Assembly (NCBI RefSeq): GCF_902713615.1
Contig: NC_052151.1
Location: 151,733,050-151,797,049 of the forward strand
Source: Scyliorhinus canicula
Lineage: Eukaryota
Reading direction: 5' to 3'
Length of the DNA: 64,000 nt
Numbering within the stretch: position 1 is the stretch's first letter; every line of letters begins with the position of its first letter. The translations under genes were made by a program, and so were the position numbers. Below the pieces are notes generated by a model. That model was not told where the DNA came from. It made no database searches and saw only the letters and a list, made by a program, of their open reading frames with translations. This document shows, one piece after another, positions 48,783-62,438 of the stretch.

Positions 48783-51700
48783 TTGGAAGGTAGTAAAACA
48801 GGGACAGAAACAAAAGGAAGTAAGGGGAAAAGTGCAAGGCAAAGAAGACATAGTCAGAAATCCATAAGGGCGACAGTACAAGGTACAGTGACTGAGGGGA
48901 GCACAGTGAATAGGCCCAGTAATAACAAAAGGAATAAAACTGGAGATGTTAAGATTCAAAACAGAGGTAAAAAAACCAACATAAGTGTACTTTACCTGAA
49001 TGCTCGTAGTATTCGGAATAAAGTAAATGAGTTGGTGGCACAAATCATCGTAAATGACTATGATTTAGTGGCCATTACTGAAACATGGTTAAAGGATGGT
49101 CACGACTGGGAGTTAAATATCCGAGGGTATCAAACTATTCGGAAGGACAGAGTGGATGGTAAGGGAGGTGGTGTTGCTCTGTTATTTAAGGATGACATCC
49201 GGGCAATAGTAAGGGATGACATCGGTGCTATGGAGGATAAGGTTGAATCCATTTGGGTGGAAATCAGGAATAGTAAGGCGAAAAAGTCACTGATAGGAGT
49301 AGTCTATCGGCCACCAAATAGTAACGAGATGGTGGGGCAGGCAATAAACAAAGAAATAACTGATGCATGTAGAAATGGTACAGCAGTTATCATGGGGGAT
49401 TTTAATCTACATGTCGATTGGTTTAACCAGGTCGGTCAAGGCAACCGTGAGGAGGAGTTTATAGAATGTATCCGCGATAGTTTCCTAGAACAGTATGTAA
49501 TGGAACCTACGAGGGAACAAGTGGTCCTAGATCTTGTCCTGTGTAATGAGACAGGATTGATTCATGATCTCATAGTTAGGGATCCTCTCGGAAGGAGCGA
49601 TCACAATATGGTGGAATTTAAAATACAGATGGAGGGTGAGAAAGTAAAATCAAATACTAGTGTTTTGTGTTTAAACAAAGGAGATTACAAGGGGATGAGA
49701 GAAGAACTAGCTAAGGTAGACTGGGAGCTAAGACTTTATGGTGGAACAGTTGAGGAACAGTGGAGAACCTTCCAAGCGATTTTTCACAGTGCTCAGCAAA
49801 GGTTTATGCCAACAAAAAGGAAGGACGGAAGAAAGAGGGAAAATCGACCGTGGATATCTAAGGAAATAAGGGAGAGTATCAAATTGAAGGAAAAAGCAAA
49901 TAAAGTGGCAAAGATTGCTGGGAGATTAGAGGACTGGGAAATCTTTAGGGGGCAACAGAAAGCTACTAAAAAAGCTATGAAGAAGAGTAAGATAGAGTAT
50001 GAGAGTAAACTTGCTCAGAATATAAAAACAGACAGTAAAAGTTTTTACAAATATATAAGACAAAAAAGAGTGGCTAAGGTAAATATTGGTCCTTTAGAGG
50101 ATGAGAAGGGAGTTTTAATAATGGGAAATGAGGAAATGGCTGAGGAACTGAACAGGTTTTTTGGGTCGGTCTTCACAGTGGAAGACACAAATAACATGCC
50201 AGCGACTGATAGAAATGAGGCTATGACAGGTGAGGACCTTGAGAGGATTGTTATCACTAAGGAGGGAGTGATGGGCAAGCTAATGGGGCTAAAGGTAGAC
50301 AAGTCTCCTGGCCCTGATGGAATGCATCCCAGAGTGCTAAAAGAGATGGCTAGGGAAATTGCAGATGCACTAGTGATAATTTACTGAAATTCACTAGACT
50401 CTGGGGTGGTCCCGGTGGATTGGAAATTAGCAAACGTGACGCCACTGTTTAAAAAAGGAGGTAGGCAGAAAGCAGGAAATTATAGGCCAGTGAGTTTAAC
50501 TTCGGTAATAGGGAAGATGCTGGAATCTATCATCAAGGAAGAAATTGCGAGGCATCTGGATAGAAATTGTCCCATTGGGCAGACGCAGCATGGGTTCGTT
50601 AAAGGCAGGTCATGCCTAACTAATTTAGTGGAATTTTTTGAGGACATTACCAGTGCAGTAGATAACGGGGAGCCGATGGATGTGGTATATCTGGATTTCC
50701 AGAAAGCCTTTGACAAGGTGCCACACAAAAGGTTGCTGCATAAGATAAAGATGCATGGCATTAAGGATAAACTAGTAGCATGGATAGAGGATTGGTTAAT
50801 TAATAGAAAGCAAAGAGTTGGGATTAATGGGTGTTTCTCTGGTTGGCAATCAGTAGCTAGTGGTGTCCCTCAGGGATCCGTGTTGGGCCCACAATTGTTC
50901 ACAATTTACATTGATGATTTGGAGTTGGGGACCAAGGGCAATGTGTCCAAGTTTGCAGATGACACTAAGATGAGTGGTAAAGCGAAAAGTGCAGAGGATA
51001 CTGGAAGTCTGCAGAGGGATTTGGATAGGTTAAGTGAATGGGCTCGGGTCTGGCAGATGGAATACAATGTTGACAAATGTGAGGTTATCCATTTTGGTAG
51101 GAATAACAGCAAACGGGATTATTATTTAAACGATAAAATATTAAAGCATGCCGCTGTTCAGAGAGACTTGGGTGTGCTAGTGCATGAGTCACAGAAGGTT
51201 GATTTACAAGTGCAACAGGTGATTAAGAAGGCAAATGGAATTTTGTCCTTCATTGCTAGAGGGATGGAGTTTAAGACTAGGGAGGTTATGTTGCAATTGT
51301 ATAAGGTGTTAGTGCGGCCACACCTGGAGTATTGTGTTCAGTTTTGGTCTCCTTACTTGAGAAAGGACGTACTGGCGCTGGAGGGTGTGCAGAGGAGATT
51401 CACTAGGTTAATCCCAGAGCTGAAGGGGTTGGATTATGAGGAGAGGTTGAGTAGACTGGGACTGTACTCGTTGGAATTTAGAAGGATGAGGGGGGATCTT
51501 ATAGAAACATTTAAAATTATGAAGGGAATAGATAGGATAGATGCGGGCAGGTTGTTTCCACTGGCGGGTGACAGCAGAACTAGGGGGCATAGCCTCAAAA
51601 TAAGGGGAAGTAGATTTAGGACTGAGTTTAGGAGGAACTTCTTCACCCAAAGGGTTGTGAATCTATGGAATTCCTTGCCCAGTGAAGCAGTTGAGGCTCC

Positions 51701-51791
51701 TTCATTACATGTTTTTAAGGTAAAGATAGATAGTTTTTTGAAGAATAAAGGGATTAAGGGTTATGGTGTTCGGGCCGGAAAGTGGAGCTGA
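48783..51791 (+). pseudogene. CR1 ORF2: APE endonuclease plus reverse transcriptase, one internal TGA at 50385-50387
   Basis: YLNARSIRNK, AITETW, MGDFN, SDH (endonuclease); YLDFQKAFDKV, QGSVLGP, FADDT (RT). ORFs 48783..50387 and 50406..51791 share a frame. Confidence 0.92.
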
Positions 51792-53569
51792 GTCCACAAA
51801 AGATCAGCCATGATCTAATTGAATGGCGGAGCAGGCTCGAGGGGCCAGATGGCCTACTCCTGCTCCTAATTCTTATGTTCTTATGTAAAAAGAAGAATAT
51901 GTTAATAGGATAGGTTTAGCTAAAATAGGATACAGTGCTCATGTGGAGCATACTTGACATGGATGAGTTTTGCCAAATTATTTGCTTTTGCACTGTACAT
52001 GTCATGTCATTATTATAGTTGAAGGGATTAAGAGTTTTGGGCATATTGCATGCAAGATTCCACACTTTCTCAAAGCCACATATTTACTTTGGATCCAGAT
52101 TGCACATGGCTGGGTGTAAACAGGCAGAAAACTCTGCCCCTTAATATTTTTCCAAGTTGATGCACTCCAAGAGCTGATGCTGTCCATCAGAGACCCCCAA
52201 TACTACAAACATTCCTTCAAGTCACTCTCAAGATAGCACCTCTGAAAAGAGCTAAATTCCAGAGGTAAAAGCAAATTACTGCGGATGCTGGGATCTGAAA
52301 CCAAAAAGAAAATGCTGGAAAATCTCAGCAGGTCTGGCAGTATCTAGGGAGAAAAAAGAACTAATGTTTCAAGTCCAATGACTCTGTCAAAGCTAAAGAC
52401 AGAAAGTGGGAAATATTTATACGGTGAGAATGAAAGATGAGTCATAGCCACAGAAACTGAGGGAAACGAGTTTCAGAGGTGATGTGAGAGTTGCTGTCCT
52501 TGACATCACGCCAGTATTTGTCTGAGTTTGGGAAAGGAAGGAACCCTCGCAAATTTTAAATCCGTGGAATCACCAAAACCTTCCACTAGTTGGAGCTATA
52601 CCTAGCCCAAAGCACCAATCATTGCAGCCCCAGGAGATTGTTGCAGGATAATCTCCGAGGCCCAACCATCTTCAGCTGCTTCATAATGATCTTCCGGCTA
52701 CATAAGGTTAGAAATTGCCATTCACAATTCCTCAGATACTGAAGCAGTTTGCGTCTGTATTCAGCAAAACCTAAACAACATTCAACTTCAGGATGCTACG
52801 TGGCAAGTTATATTAATGCTAATCAAGTGTCATGAAATGGCCATCTCCAGCAAAAGTTAACTAACCATTTACCCTCAATGGTATAACCAGGGCTGAATCC
52901 CCCACCATCATATCCTGGAGGTTACCATTGACCAGAAATTTAACTGGACCAGTTATATAAATACAATGCCTAAAAGAGCAAGTCAGGTCTGCGAGTACCT
53001 CATGTCTGGACTTCCCAAAGCCTGCCCACCAATCTACAAAGCACAAGTCAGGAATATGATGGAATCCTCTTGCATGGATGAGTTCAGCTCCAGCAACATT
53101 TATGAAGTCTGACACCATACATCCCAAAGCAGCCTGCTTGATTGGCACCCCACCCCATTCACCACCTTAAACATACATTCTCTGCACCAGTGGCAGCAGT
53201 ATGTGCCATCAACAGCTCACTAACAACATCTTCCAAATCTTCTACCATCGAAAAGAACCAGGGCAGCAAATGCATGCGAACACTACTGCCTTATAATAAT
53301 AATCGCTTATTGTCACAAGTAGGCTTTAATTAAGTTACTGTGAAAAGCCTTGCACAATCCCCACAAGTCACACAGCATCTGAACAGTCCCCGAGTCTAAA
53401 TCCTGGAACATGCTCTCTGACAGCATTATTGTTGCACCTTCACCAGGGGGCTTGCAGGTTGCAAGAAGTGTGCTCAGCGCCTTCTCACGAGCAATTAGGG
53501 ATGGGCAATAAATGCTGGCCTTGCCAGCAACGCCCACATCATCTGAACGAATAAAAGAAAATCCAGTCC

Positions 53570-54930
53570 TTTACTCCCTGCGCAGCGGAACACCGATGGC
53601 GTTGCCTAAACACGGCTGTGCCTGTGTCCCCGTGGTTTAGAATTGTAACCACATTAATCCCGCTTCCCGCGCACTCAACTCGGCGGAACCGGTGTCAACG
53701 ACAAAGCTCGGACAACTGTCAGCGGGAGGGAGGTGGTGTGGATGGTGCGCAGCCCCCAGCAAAGCTGCAACAGCAACAGTCACACGCTCGCGCCGCTGTC
53801 ACCTAGTAACCCGGGGAGGATACACATGCCGCAGCGAGGTGACAGCTGCCAATCAACCATTCAGCGCCGGGCTGGCCACGGGGCGTTCTAGCCGCCGCCT
53901 AGCAACCGTTCACCCGGTGTTCCATTCCATCTGTGCCAGCGGCGTCTCGCTCTGGCTGTGTGTGTGTTTGATGGGGCTCATTGGTGGGAGCTGCAGCAAG
54001 CTCAGCCCAGGGGGCGGGGCGGCTGGCTGGCTGACGGTGCTGCCAGTGACGCAGCCGGCCGCCCATGGAGTGCCATCGGCCGCACTGCCGGATGCAGCGG
54101 GTGCCACCTTTCTAGACAATAGGGGAGGGATCCGAAGGACAAGCACAGCGAGAGAAAAAAAGAGACAGACTGGAGTTTGCATGGGCAGAGGGGAGGGGGA
54201 AAAAACAACATCTTCCGGGACAGATTCTGTTCTCCACAGGTTTTGCAACTGAGCCTAACCAAAGGGACAAAGGTGGGTCTTGGCGTGTTATTTTGCTTTT
54301 ACATATGTGTGCACGAGTTAGGACGGGAATCTTGGAGGGATTCATGCTTCCGATCCGCTCTCGTTGCCTTTTCTGCAATCAGCAACTTCATCGCCCAAGT
54401 GGTCCGGAATGTGGCAACATTTTTAACCAGGGGGACTGCAACCCAATGCATTGTATCCCGGCCTGCCCGCCCGCACTGGGATCTCGTCCGGCCACTCCGA
54501 GCCGCCTTTGTAACATGTTGGTTCCTTCCCGCCACTTAGTAAAGATTATGGTTCGAGGAACGTGGGGCGAATTCGGCACAATGCTTCCCAAGATTTGCGG
54601 ATTTTTCCCCCTCCTCCAGTTGTCCTTCGTCGCCCCAACATTGGCAACTGTATCCCAATTGCAACCTCTGCCAAATGAAAAGAGGTGGCGGTGCATCATT
54701 GGCAGCCAGATTACTTGGAACGTTTCTCTTGGGCTACCCCCCCCCCCCCCCCCCAAATGCACCGAGTGCGTATTTACGGAAATGACTATACGTTTTAAAA
54801 ATGAAAATGTTTTTCGTTTTGAGTTGCATATGCGACGATCGAGGAGCCGGGTGGTAAATCCTTGTTAAAAACGAGCATTTAGATGGCAGACTGGGTAGAT
54901 TTCGTCTCCGCCGTCCCACGCATTACCGAA
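53570..54930 (+). promoter_or_regulatory. CpG-rich promoter / non-coding first exon of the next gene (probably RNF144A by synteny)
   Basis: CpG-dense and not recognisably repeat-derived. Contains RFX X-box GTCACCTAGTAAC (53798-53810), CCAAT (~53849), GC box GGGGCGGGGC (~54010) and a candidate donor AAG|GTGGGT at 54272/3. Gene identity rests only on the conserved CMPK2-RSAD2-RNF144A order. Confidence 0.55.
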
Positions 54931-56311
54931 AATAGCACCTCTAATTAATGCCGTTTGAATTTTGTTGTGAGTTTCCATGTATACAAATGAACAACTCATG
55001 GAAAATAACGTGATTTATGCCACCTGTATTTTTGTGCAGGCTGCTAAGTTATTATTGTATGGCTTGTAGACCACGGTGTATATATTGAATTTGTCAGTAA
55101 CTATTTTAATATGAATAAATGTACATTTAAGAATATAATTTGGAGGTATTATGCAAAATTTACTTTTCAAGAGGAGGTCATTAATATTGAACATTTAATA
55201 TTGTAAATAACCCCTTACTTAGTGTTGCCACTTAAAAAAACTCCCTCCTGATGTTCTGAAGGGGTAGTGTTATGTTAGGTTATCGTTCAACAGGCAGATT
55301 GTCTTTGGCTATCTTATTCAAACCCTTACTCTTCAAGTGTAATTCCAGACAGGAACAATAACTTATTTTATGGAGTCTTCAGTGTAAAATAATTTTTAAT
55401 GGATATTGGGGGGGGGGGGGGGGGGAGGACATTGGAATGAGTGGTCAAAATAATGGATTTTGAGAAGATTTTTAAAGTGGTGACAAAGGTGGAAATTCTT
55501 GGGAGGGTTCATTGTGGGACTTTTGAGAGTCAGCCCAAGGATGCTGAAGGTTCTGTCATGATTGCAGAAGAGTTCAGAGTCAGAAGACTGAATGGGAAGG
55601 ATGCAGGGTTCAGAGTGCAGTGAGCTATGGGAGGGATTTGGAAGATGAAGAGAATTTCAGATATAACTGTCCGAAAACCCGAGAATGGAAGTGGGAGGTT
55701 TTATTTCTTACAGTGAGGTGCTAGATCCTTTGCTTTCCTGCAAATGTTGAAGCTCTTGTCAATACACCAAGTAATGCCTGCTCAATCATGCCAGACAAGG
55801 TTTACAGACTAAACTATAGACTCATGCTCTGACTAATTTGAAAGCTCAAAGCACCACTGTGCATTGGCTAACAAACATGCCACACATCATTTATGTACAA
55901 GTCTTCCAATGAGCTTGGTGTGTGTGCTATTGACAGCTTTCGACACAGAGTCTAACATGCTCTTGATTCGCGACATGCGATGCCTCAGGGGTGTTGTTCC
56001 CTTTTGAGGGTTGTGCTCTGAATATTAGGGGCAACATGTGCAGTCATGATAATTTGATCATGGAATTATATACCTGTTACTGTTGCAACATGTAGTAATT
56101 CTAAATCTCAGAATTGTGCTGCTAGGAAGGAGCAAAGGGCAATTCTAGCGAGCTTGCTAAATTGAGCCATGTTGTTAATACAACATGGTGGACTGGAGTT
56201 AGACTGATTCAATCAGTTTTTTAAAAATGTATTCTCACATGGGATGTGGGCAGCGCTGGATAGGCCAGTATTTTATTACACATAACTAATTGCCCTTAAG
56301 AAGTGGCGGTG

Positions 56312-58445
56312 TGTGGACGCTAAACTGCTGGCCAAAATTTTGTCCTCTAGGATTGAGGATTGTGTTGCGGACGTTATTGTGGAGGACCAGATGGGGTTTG
56401 TTAAGGGAAGGCAGTTGGTGGCCAATATAAGAAGGTTGTTAAACGTGATCATGATGCCCCCTGAAGGTAGGGAGGTGGAGGTAGTGGTCGCAATAGATGC
56501 AGAGAAGGCCTTTGATCGAGTAGAATGGGAATATCTGTGGGAGGTACTGGGACGGTTCGGATTTGGGCGAGGCTTTATTGACTGGGTCAGGTTGCTGTAT
56601 CAGGCTCCTGTGGCAAGTGTATGGACGAATAGGACAACATTGGACTATTTTAGGCTGTATTGGGGGGCGAGACAGGGATGCTCCCTCTCCCTATTGTTGT
56701 TCGTGTTAGCCATAGAGCCTCTGGCAATTGTACTGAGAGCTTCAAGGGGCTGATCCGGTTTTTGGGGTATAAGCTAAATATGGGGAAAAGTGAGATGTTT
56801 GCGGTCCAGGCGAGGGGACAGGAGAGGCGACTGGGTAAAGTGCAGTTTAGAGTGGTAGGGAGAAGTTTTCGGTATTAGGCATCAAGTGGTGCGGGATTGG
56901 GAGCGGCTGCACAAACTAAATCTGGCCCAAATGAAGGACGATTTTCGGAAATGGGACGCTCCCATTGTCACTAGCTGGGAGGGAGCAGACGGTGAAGATG
57001 ATGGTCCTCCTGAGATTCCTGTTTGTATTTCAGTGTCTCTCCATCTTTATTCCGCGGTCCTTTTTTAAACAGGTCAACAAAGTAATTACTGGCTTTGTAT
57101 GGGCGGGCAAGATCCCGCGAGTAAAGAGGGGGATGCTTGAGCAGAGCCGGGCGCTGCTAAACTTCAGTAACTACTATTGGGTGGCGAATATAGCCATGAT
57201 CAGGAAGTGGGTGGTGGGGGGAGGGTCGGCATGGGAGTGTATGGAGGTGGCCTCGTGTAAGGGCACCAGTCTGGGGGCATTGATAACCGCGCCTCTGCCG
57301 TTCCCGCCGACACGGTACTCCACCAGCTCCATGGTGGTGGCGGCCCTGAGAGTCTGGGGGCAATGGAGGAGACATGTGGGAGCAGAGGGAGCATCGGTTT
57401 GGTCTCCAATCTGTAATAATCACTGCTTTGCTCCGGGAAGGCTGGATGGAGGGTTCCGGAGATGGCAGTGGGCAGGGATTGAGGGGAGCTGGAGGACAAA
57501 TTTGGATTGGCATGGGGAAACAAATTCAGGTTCTGCAGGTGCAGGACTTCTTACGTAGACAGGTCTTAACCTTCCCACTCCTACCACCAAGGGGGAAACA
57601 GGACAGGGTAGTTTCCAGAGTGTGGGTAGGAGAAGGGAAGGTCTCCGACATCTACAGGGAACTCATGGGGTCAGCGGGGACGCAGACTGAGGCGCTGAAG
57701 CGCAAGTGGGAGGAGGAATTAGGAGGCGAGATAGAAGATGGTCTCTGGGCGGATGCGTTGAGTAGAGTCAACGCATCCAGAACATGTGCCAGGCTCAGTC
57801 TGATACAATTCAAGGTCGTTCACCAGGCTCACATGACAGTGGCCTGGATGAGCAGGTTCTTTGGGGTAGAAGATAGGTGTGCAAAGTGTGCGGGAGGACC
57901 AGCGCACCATTTCTATATGTTCTGGACACGTCCAAAGCTTGGGGGATTCTGGCAGGGATTTGCAGACGTCATATCCATGGTGTTAAAAACAAGGGTGGCA
58001 CCGAGTCCAGAGGTGGCGATTTTCGGGGTGTTGGAAGATCCGAGAATCCAGGAGGAGAAAGAGGCAGACATTCTGGCCTTTGCTTCCCTGGTAGCCCGGA
58101 GACGGATACTATTAGCTTGGAGGGACTCAAAGCCCCCAAAGTCGGAGACCTGGCTATCGGACATGGCTAGCTTTCTCTGTCTGTAGAAAATCCAGTTCGC
58201 CTTGAGAGGGTCATTGGTAGGGTTCGCCCGGAGGTGGCAACCGTTCGTCGACTTTTTTGTGGAAAATTAATTGTCAACAGAAGGGGTGGGGGTTAGTTTA
58301 ACTTAGAGTAGGGGGTTAATAAAGGTGGGACCTGTAAGGGAGGGAGACGGCTTTTGCACTATGTATATAGATTCATGTACGTTGTTTATTTTGTTGTTGC
58401 TATAATACCAAAAATATCTCAATAAAATGTTTATTAAAAAAAAAA
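56312..58445 (+). mobile_element. 5'-truncated L1/Tx1-like LINE (ORF2 RT and C-terminus, poly-A tail)
   Basis: DAKLLAKIL...DQMGFVKGR...IDAEKAFDRVEW...RQGC. AATAAA plus poly-A at ~58421-58445. GTGGCGGTG duplicated on both flanks. Confidence 0.85.
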
Positions 58446-58732
58446 GGAAGGTGGCGGTGAGCTGCCTTGTTGAACTGCTGCAGTCCATGTGGTTCAGTTA
58501 TACCCAAAATGATGTTAAGAAGTGAGTTCCAACGACAGTGACGCAACAGAAATATATTTCTGAGTCAGGATGTAGCTTGGAGGAGAACTTGGTGGTATTC
58601 CAATGCATCTGCTGACCTTGTACTTCTAGGTGGTAGCAGTTATGGGTTTATCGAAAGAGCCTTGGTGTGTTGCTGCAGTGCAAATTGTAGATGGTACATA
58701 CTGCTGCAAATGTGCATCGATGGTGGAGGGAG

Positions 58733-59577
58733 TGTTGCTCGTTATGCTTTCCCTTAATTTGCTCTGTTTTAATTACCTTTGCTCAAGAGTCGGCAGGTAT
58801 CTTTCTGATACCACCACAGGGTTCAAAGCCAAGTACTGATCAATAATTCAATACACCAGTTAGTAAGTTTGAAACCAATACACATTTATTATACACACAG
58901 TCAATTATTACTTATGCATAAACTCTATTTGCTAAACTACAACTGCTACTAAAAGCCTATACTTAGCTTCGAGTGGCCCACCCAGTCAGAGGAACAATGG
59001 CCGTTGTCCGGTTCTAATACTGCTGGCTTCGAACTGGTACGGAATAGTAACTGGGAGCGTCTATCTCGTAGCGTGCATTAACCTTAGACTTACTTGGTTG
59101 ATGCAGCTGCTAGGCAGGTCTCTCCTAGCTGAGAGCCAAGGCCAAAAGAGCGAACTGAACTTGGGGACTCTGTTTTATAGTCCCCAGGGGTTTCGCGCCC
59201 TTCTGGGCGGTCCCCGGACTTGGTCCCAATTAATTGGACCATGTCCCAATCGTTCGTATTGATTTTCTTCAATACCGGGGCTGTTCCCTGATCGTTGGGC
59301 GGGCTCTATGTAACCGTTTTGCCTGCCTTTGTTTTAGCTCCCACTAGTGCCGGGGAGTCTGTCCTGGTCTCGATTGTTTCAATGTTTCCTCTTTGTCCCT
59401 GGAGATAGCTCATTAATATGATAATGGCTATTGGTTTCAGTTCTGTCTGGGTTCTGCAAATCTTAATACACAGGAAACCTTGCACCTGCTTGTTTTCTCT
59501 AGTGCTGTCAATTTTTCCCTGCACTCCTTGCGAGTATCCATTTTGAAATCGGGACATGGCCACCCCAGGTGGCTACA
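58733..59577 (-). mobile_element. Solo LTR interrupting an older LINE fragment
   Basis: TG...CA termini, near-TSD GGAG/GGAT, minus-strand TATAAAA (~59173-59179) and AATAAA (58886-58891). Confidence 0.65.
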
Positions 59578-61610
59578 GGATTAAATGTATAAGCTGGTGG
59601 ATGGGATGCCGATCAAGTGGACTGCTGTGACCTTGATGGTGTTGAGCTTCCTTTGTTAAATTTAAAGTGCCCAATTATTTTTTTCAATTAAGGGGCAATT
59701 TAGCATGACCAATCCACCAACACTGCACACCTTTAGGTTGGGGTGAGACCCACGCACACACAGGGAGAATGTGCAAGCTCCACACGGACAGTGAACCGGG
59801 ACCAGGATCGAACCCGGGTCCTCGGCGCCATGAGGTAGCAGTGCTAACCACTGCACCACCGTGTCGCATTGTTGAGCTTTTTTGAGCTTTGTTGCACTCA
59901 TCCAGGCAAGTGGGAAGTATTCCAACACATTCCTGACTTGTGCCTTGTCGGTGGTGGACAGACTATGGGGAGTCGGGAGTTTGTAAGTTACTTTCTGCAG
60001 AATTCCCAACCTCTACCTCCAGTGAGGGCAACCTAAGCTAGTGAGGGGGCTGCATGAGTGTCCCTCCTTCGTCTCAGTGGTTCGCTAACCAAGATCCCAT
60101 GAATAAAATTAAGTACTTCAATACACGCCAAATATTTCATAGCGTGCTATGACATGGTTAATCTTTAGTGGTTAATCTTTTATGTATTAATAGAACTATC
60201 ATCAACTTCAAATGGGAAAGCCAAAATAAATATTTACACTTTGGATGCTGCGGGAATGCACGGCTCTCACAGTCAATGTTGTGTGAAATCAGAATGAACC
60301 TCACTTCACTTTGTAAAAAATTAATTAACAGAATGTGGGCATCACTGGTTACGCCAGCATTTATTGCCCATACCTAGTTGCCCTTCAGAAGGTGGTGGTG
60401 CGTTGTCTCAAACCGCTGCAGTCTCTGAGAGGTAGGTGCACCCACTGTACCGTTAGGGAGGGAGTTCCAGAATTGTACCTCAGTGGCAGTGAAGGAACAG
60501 CGATGTATTTCCAAAACACGGTTTCTTATCATTTCAGTCATGCTGGTAGGAAAAAAGCTACTTGAGTGGAAATCAATAATAGAATGTGACAACCATGTGT
60601 GTGGGCAGTGGTCAACAAAATATCTCATGGGCTGCACTCAGAACCCTCATGAAAAATATGTGGCCCCCAGGCTGCAGGTGGCCAACCACTGCACTACCTG
60701 CTCTGGTAGCCACAGTATTTATATGGCTAGTCCTGTTCAGTTTCTGGTTAATGGTTAAAACCATTCCCCCTTCCCCCACTAGGATGTTGATAGTGGGTGG
60801 GGTTCACTGACGGTCATGCTATTGAATGTCAAATTGGAGCTAGCAGTTGTATGGCATGAATGTTACTTGACACTTTCAGCCCAGGCCTGAATATTGCTGG
60901 GTCTGGCTGCACATGGACAGAGCTTCAGGTGATACATTTGTTGGTTCTGCAATGGCACTTTCTTGCAGCATTTACACTGCTTTGGTTGTAAATGTTGCCT
61001 GAAAACCCTAAATATAACAAGAATGTAAACTGGATTGTAAAGCCTCTTTACATTATACGCGGCGTCTCAGGAGAGTGGGTCATTTGAAAATCGTACTCTC
61101 CTGTTTACATTAGCTGCCATTGTCATTTCAAATGAATGTTTGTTGGATACCTTTTTTAAAAACTTTGCCTATTGGAGCTCAATCCTCTCAACTCTATTAA
61201 TGCATGAGTTCGTCAGGACACTGTCGTAAGCCCAACCATTTCAGCTGCTTCCTTCCATCACAAGGCCAGAAGTGGGGATGTTTGCCGATGATTGCACAAA
61301 GTTCAGATCCATTCACAATTCCTCCGATACTGAGCAGTCTGTGCCCACATGGAAGAGCCCACATGAATGACGGGAGCCTCGAGGAGTTGAGTGACCTCCT
61401 CCCGTCCTGCATATTTTTTTCTTATATCAATGATATGTTAAAATTGAGAGTTTGGCATTTATATTTTGTAACATTTCCTGTATTATCAGGGGGATTGACA
61501 GGGTAGATGCTGAGAGGTTGCGGGAGAGTTTCAGTCCAGAGGGCAAAATCTCAGAGTAAGGGATATCTATTTAAGACAGAGATGAGGGGGAATTTCTTCT
61601 CACAGAAATA

Positions 61611-62407
61611 TTACGATCCAGGACCAGACCCCAACATTTGCGAGAATACCAGACTGGGTTCCCAATACTTTTTTTAAATTTGTAAAACTGTGAGGAAAGG
61701 ATACTTCGCTCCAGAAGTGATTCCACGCAAAAACAGGGATATAAGGGGCAGCACGGTGATGCAGTGAGTTAGCCCAGCTGCCTCACGGCGCCAAGGTCCC
61801 AGGTTCGATCCCGGCTCTGGGTCCGTGTGGAGTTTGCACATTCTCCCCGTGTTTGCGTGGGTTTCGCCCCCACAACCCAAAGATGTGCAGGGTAGGTGGA
61901 CTGGCCACGCTAAATTACCCCTTAATTGGACAAAATGAATTGGGTACTCTAAAAATAAAAAAAACAGTGATATGGTATATTAAAATAAACTTAATTATTA
62001 ACACAGTATTAAACTATCTTAACATCACAGAAGTATAGCTCACAATTACCAGTTAAACAATGCTTAGCAATAACTGATTCTAACTGATACTTTCTTTGTC
62101 TCCAATCAAACAAAACCCATCACAGGTCAAAAACCATTTATAAATAGAGTTAGCAAACACAGGATGGCTTGCCACTCTTTGGAGAGAGAGATTTTTTGAA
62201 AAGGAAATGAGATCCTGTCAGATTAATGCTGAATCTCTTGACAGCCTTCTGCAGACGCTGCTGTTCAGCTCATAACCAAAACTAAACAAACTCAAAACCG
62301 ACTGTCACAGACCAGGCTGCTCACATTACTACATTTTCTTTATCCCATTCAAATCCCATAACCTAATTACTTAAGTTAAAACACAATTAGCGGGATTCTC
62401 CGACCCT

Positions 62408-62438
<31 letters not shown>

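Larger units (their letters stand above)
47745..51886 (+). mobile_element. Near-complete CR1-clade LINE
   Basis: ORF1 and ORF2 present, short 3' UTR, (TTCTTATG)2 tail at ~51870-51886. Inserted into an older CR1 3' fragment. 5' boundary approximate. Confidence 0.93.

Noticed and set aside
53692-54868. 186-191 aa ORFs in the CpG island as RNF144A coding sequence
   Set aside because: No RING/IBR Cys-His pattern; non-ATG starts; typical CpG-island open frames.
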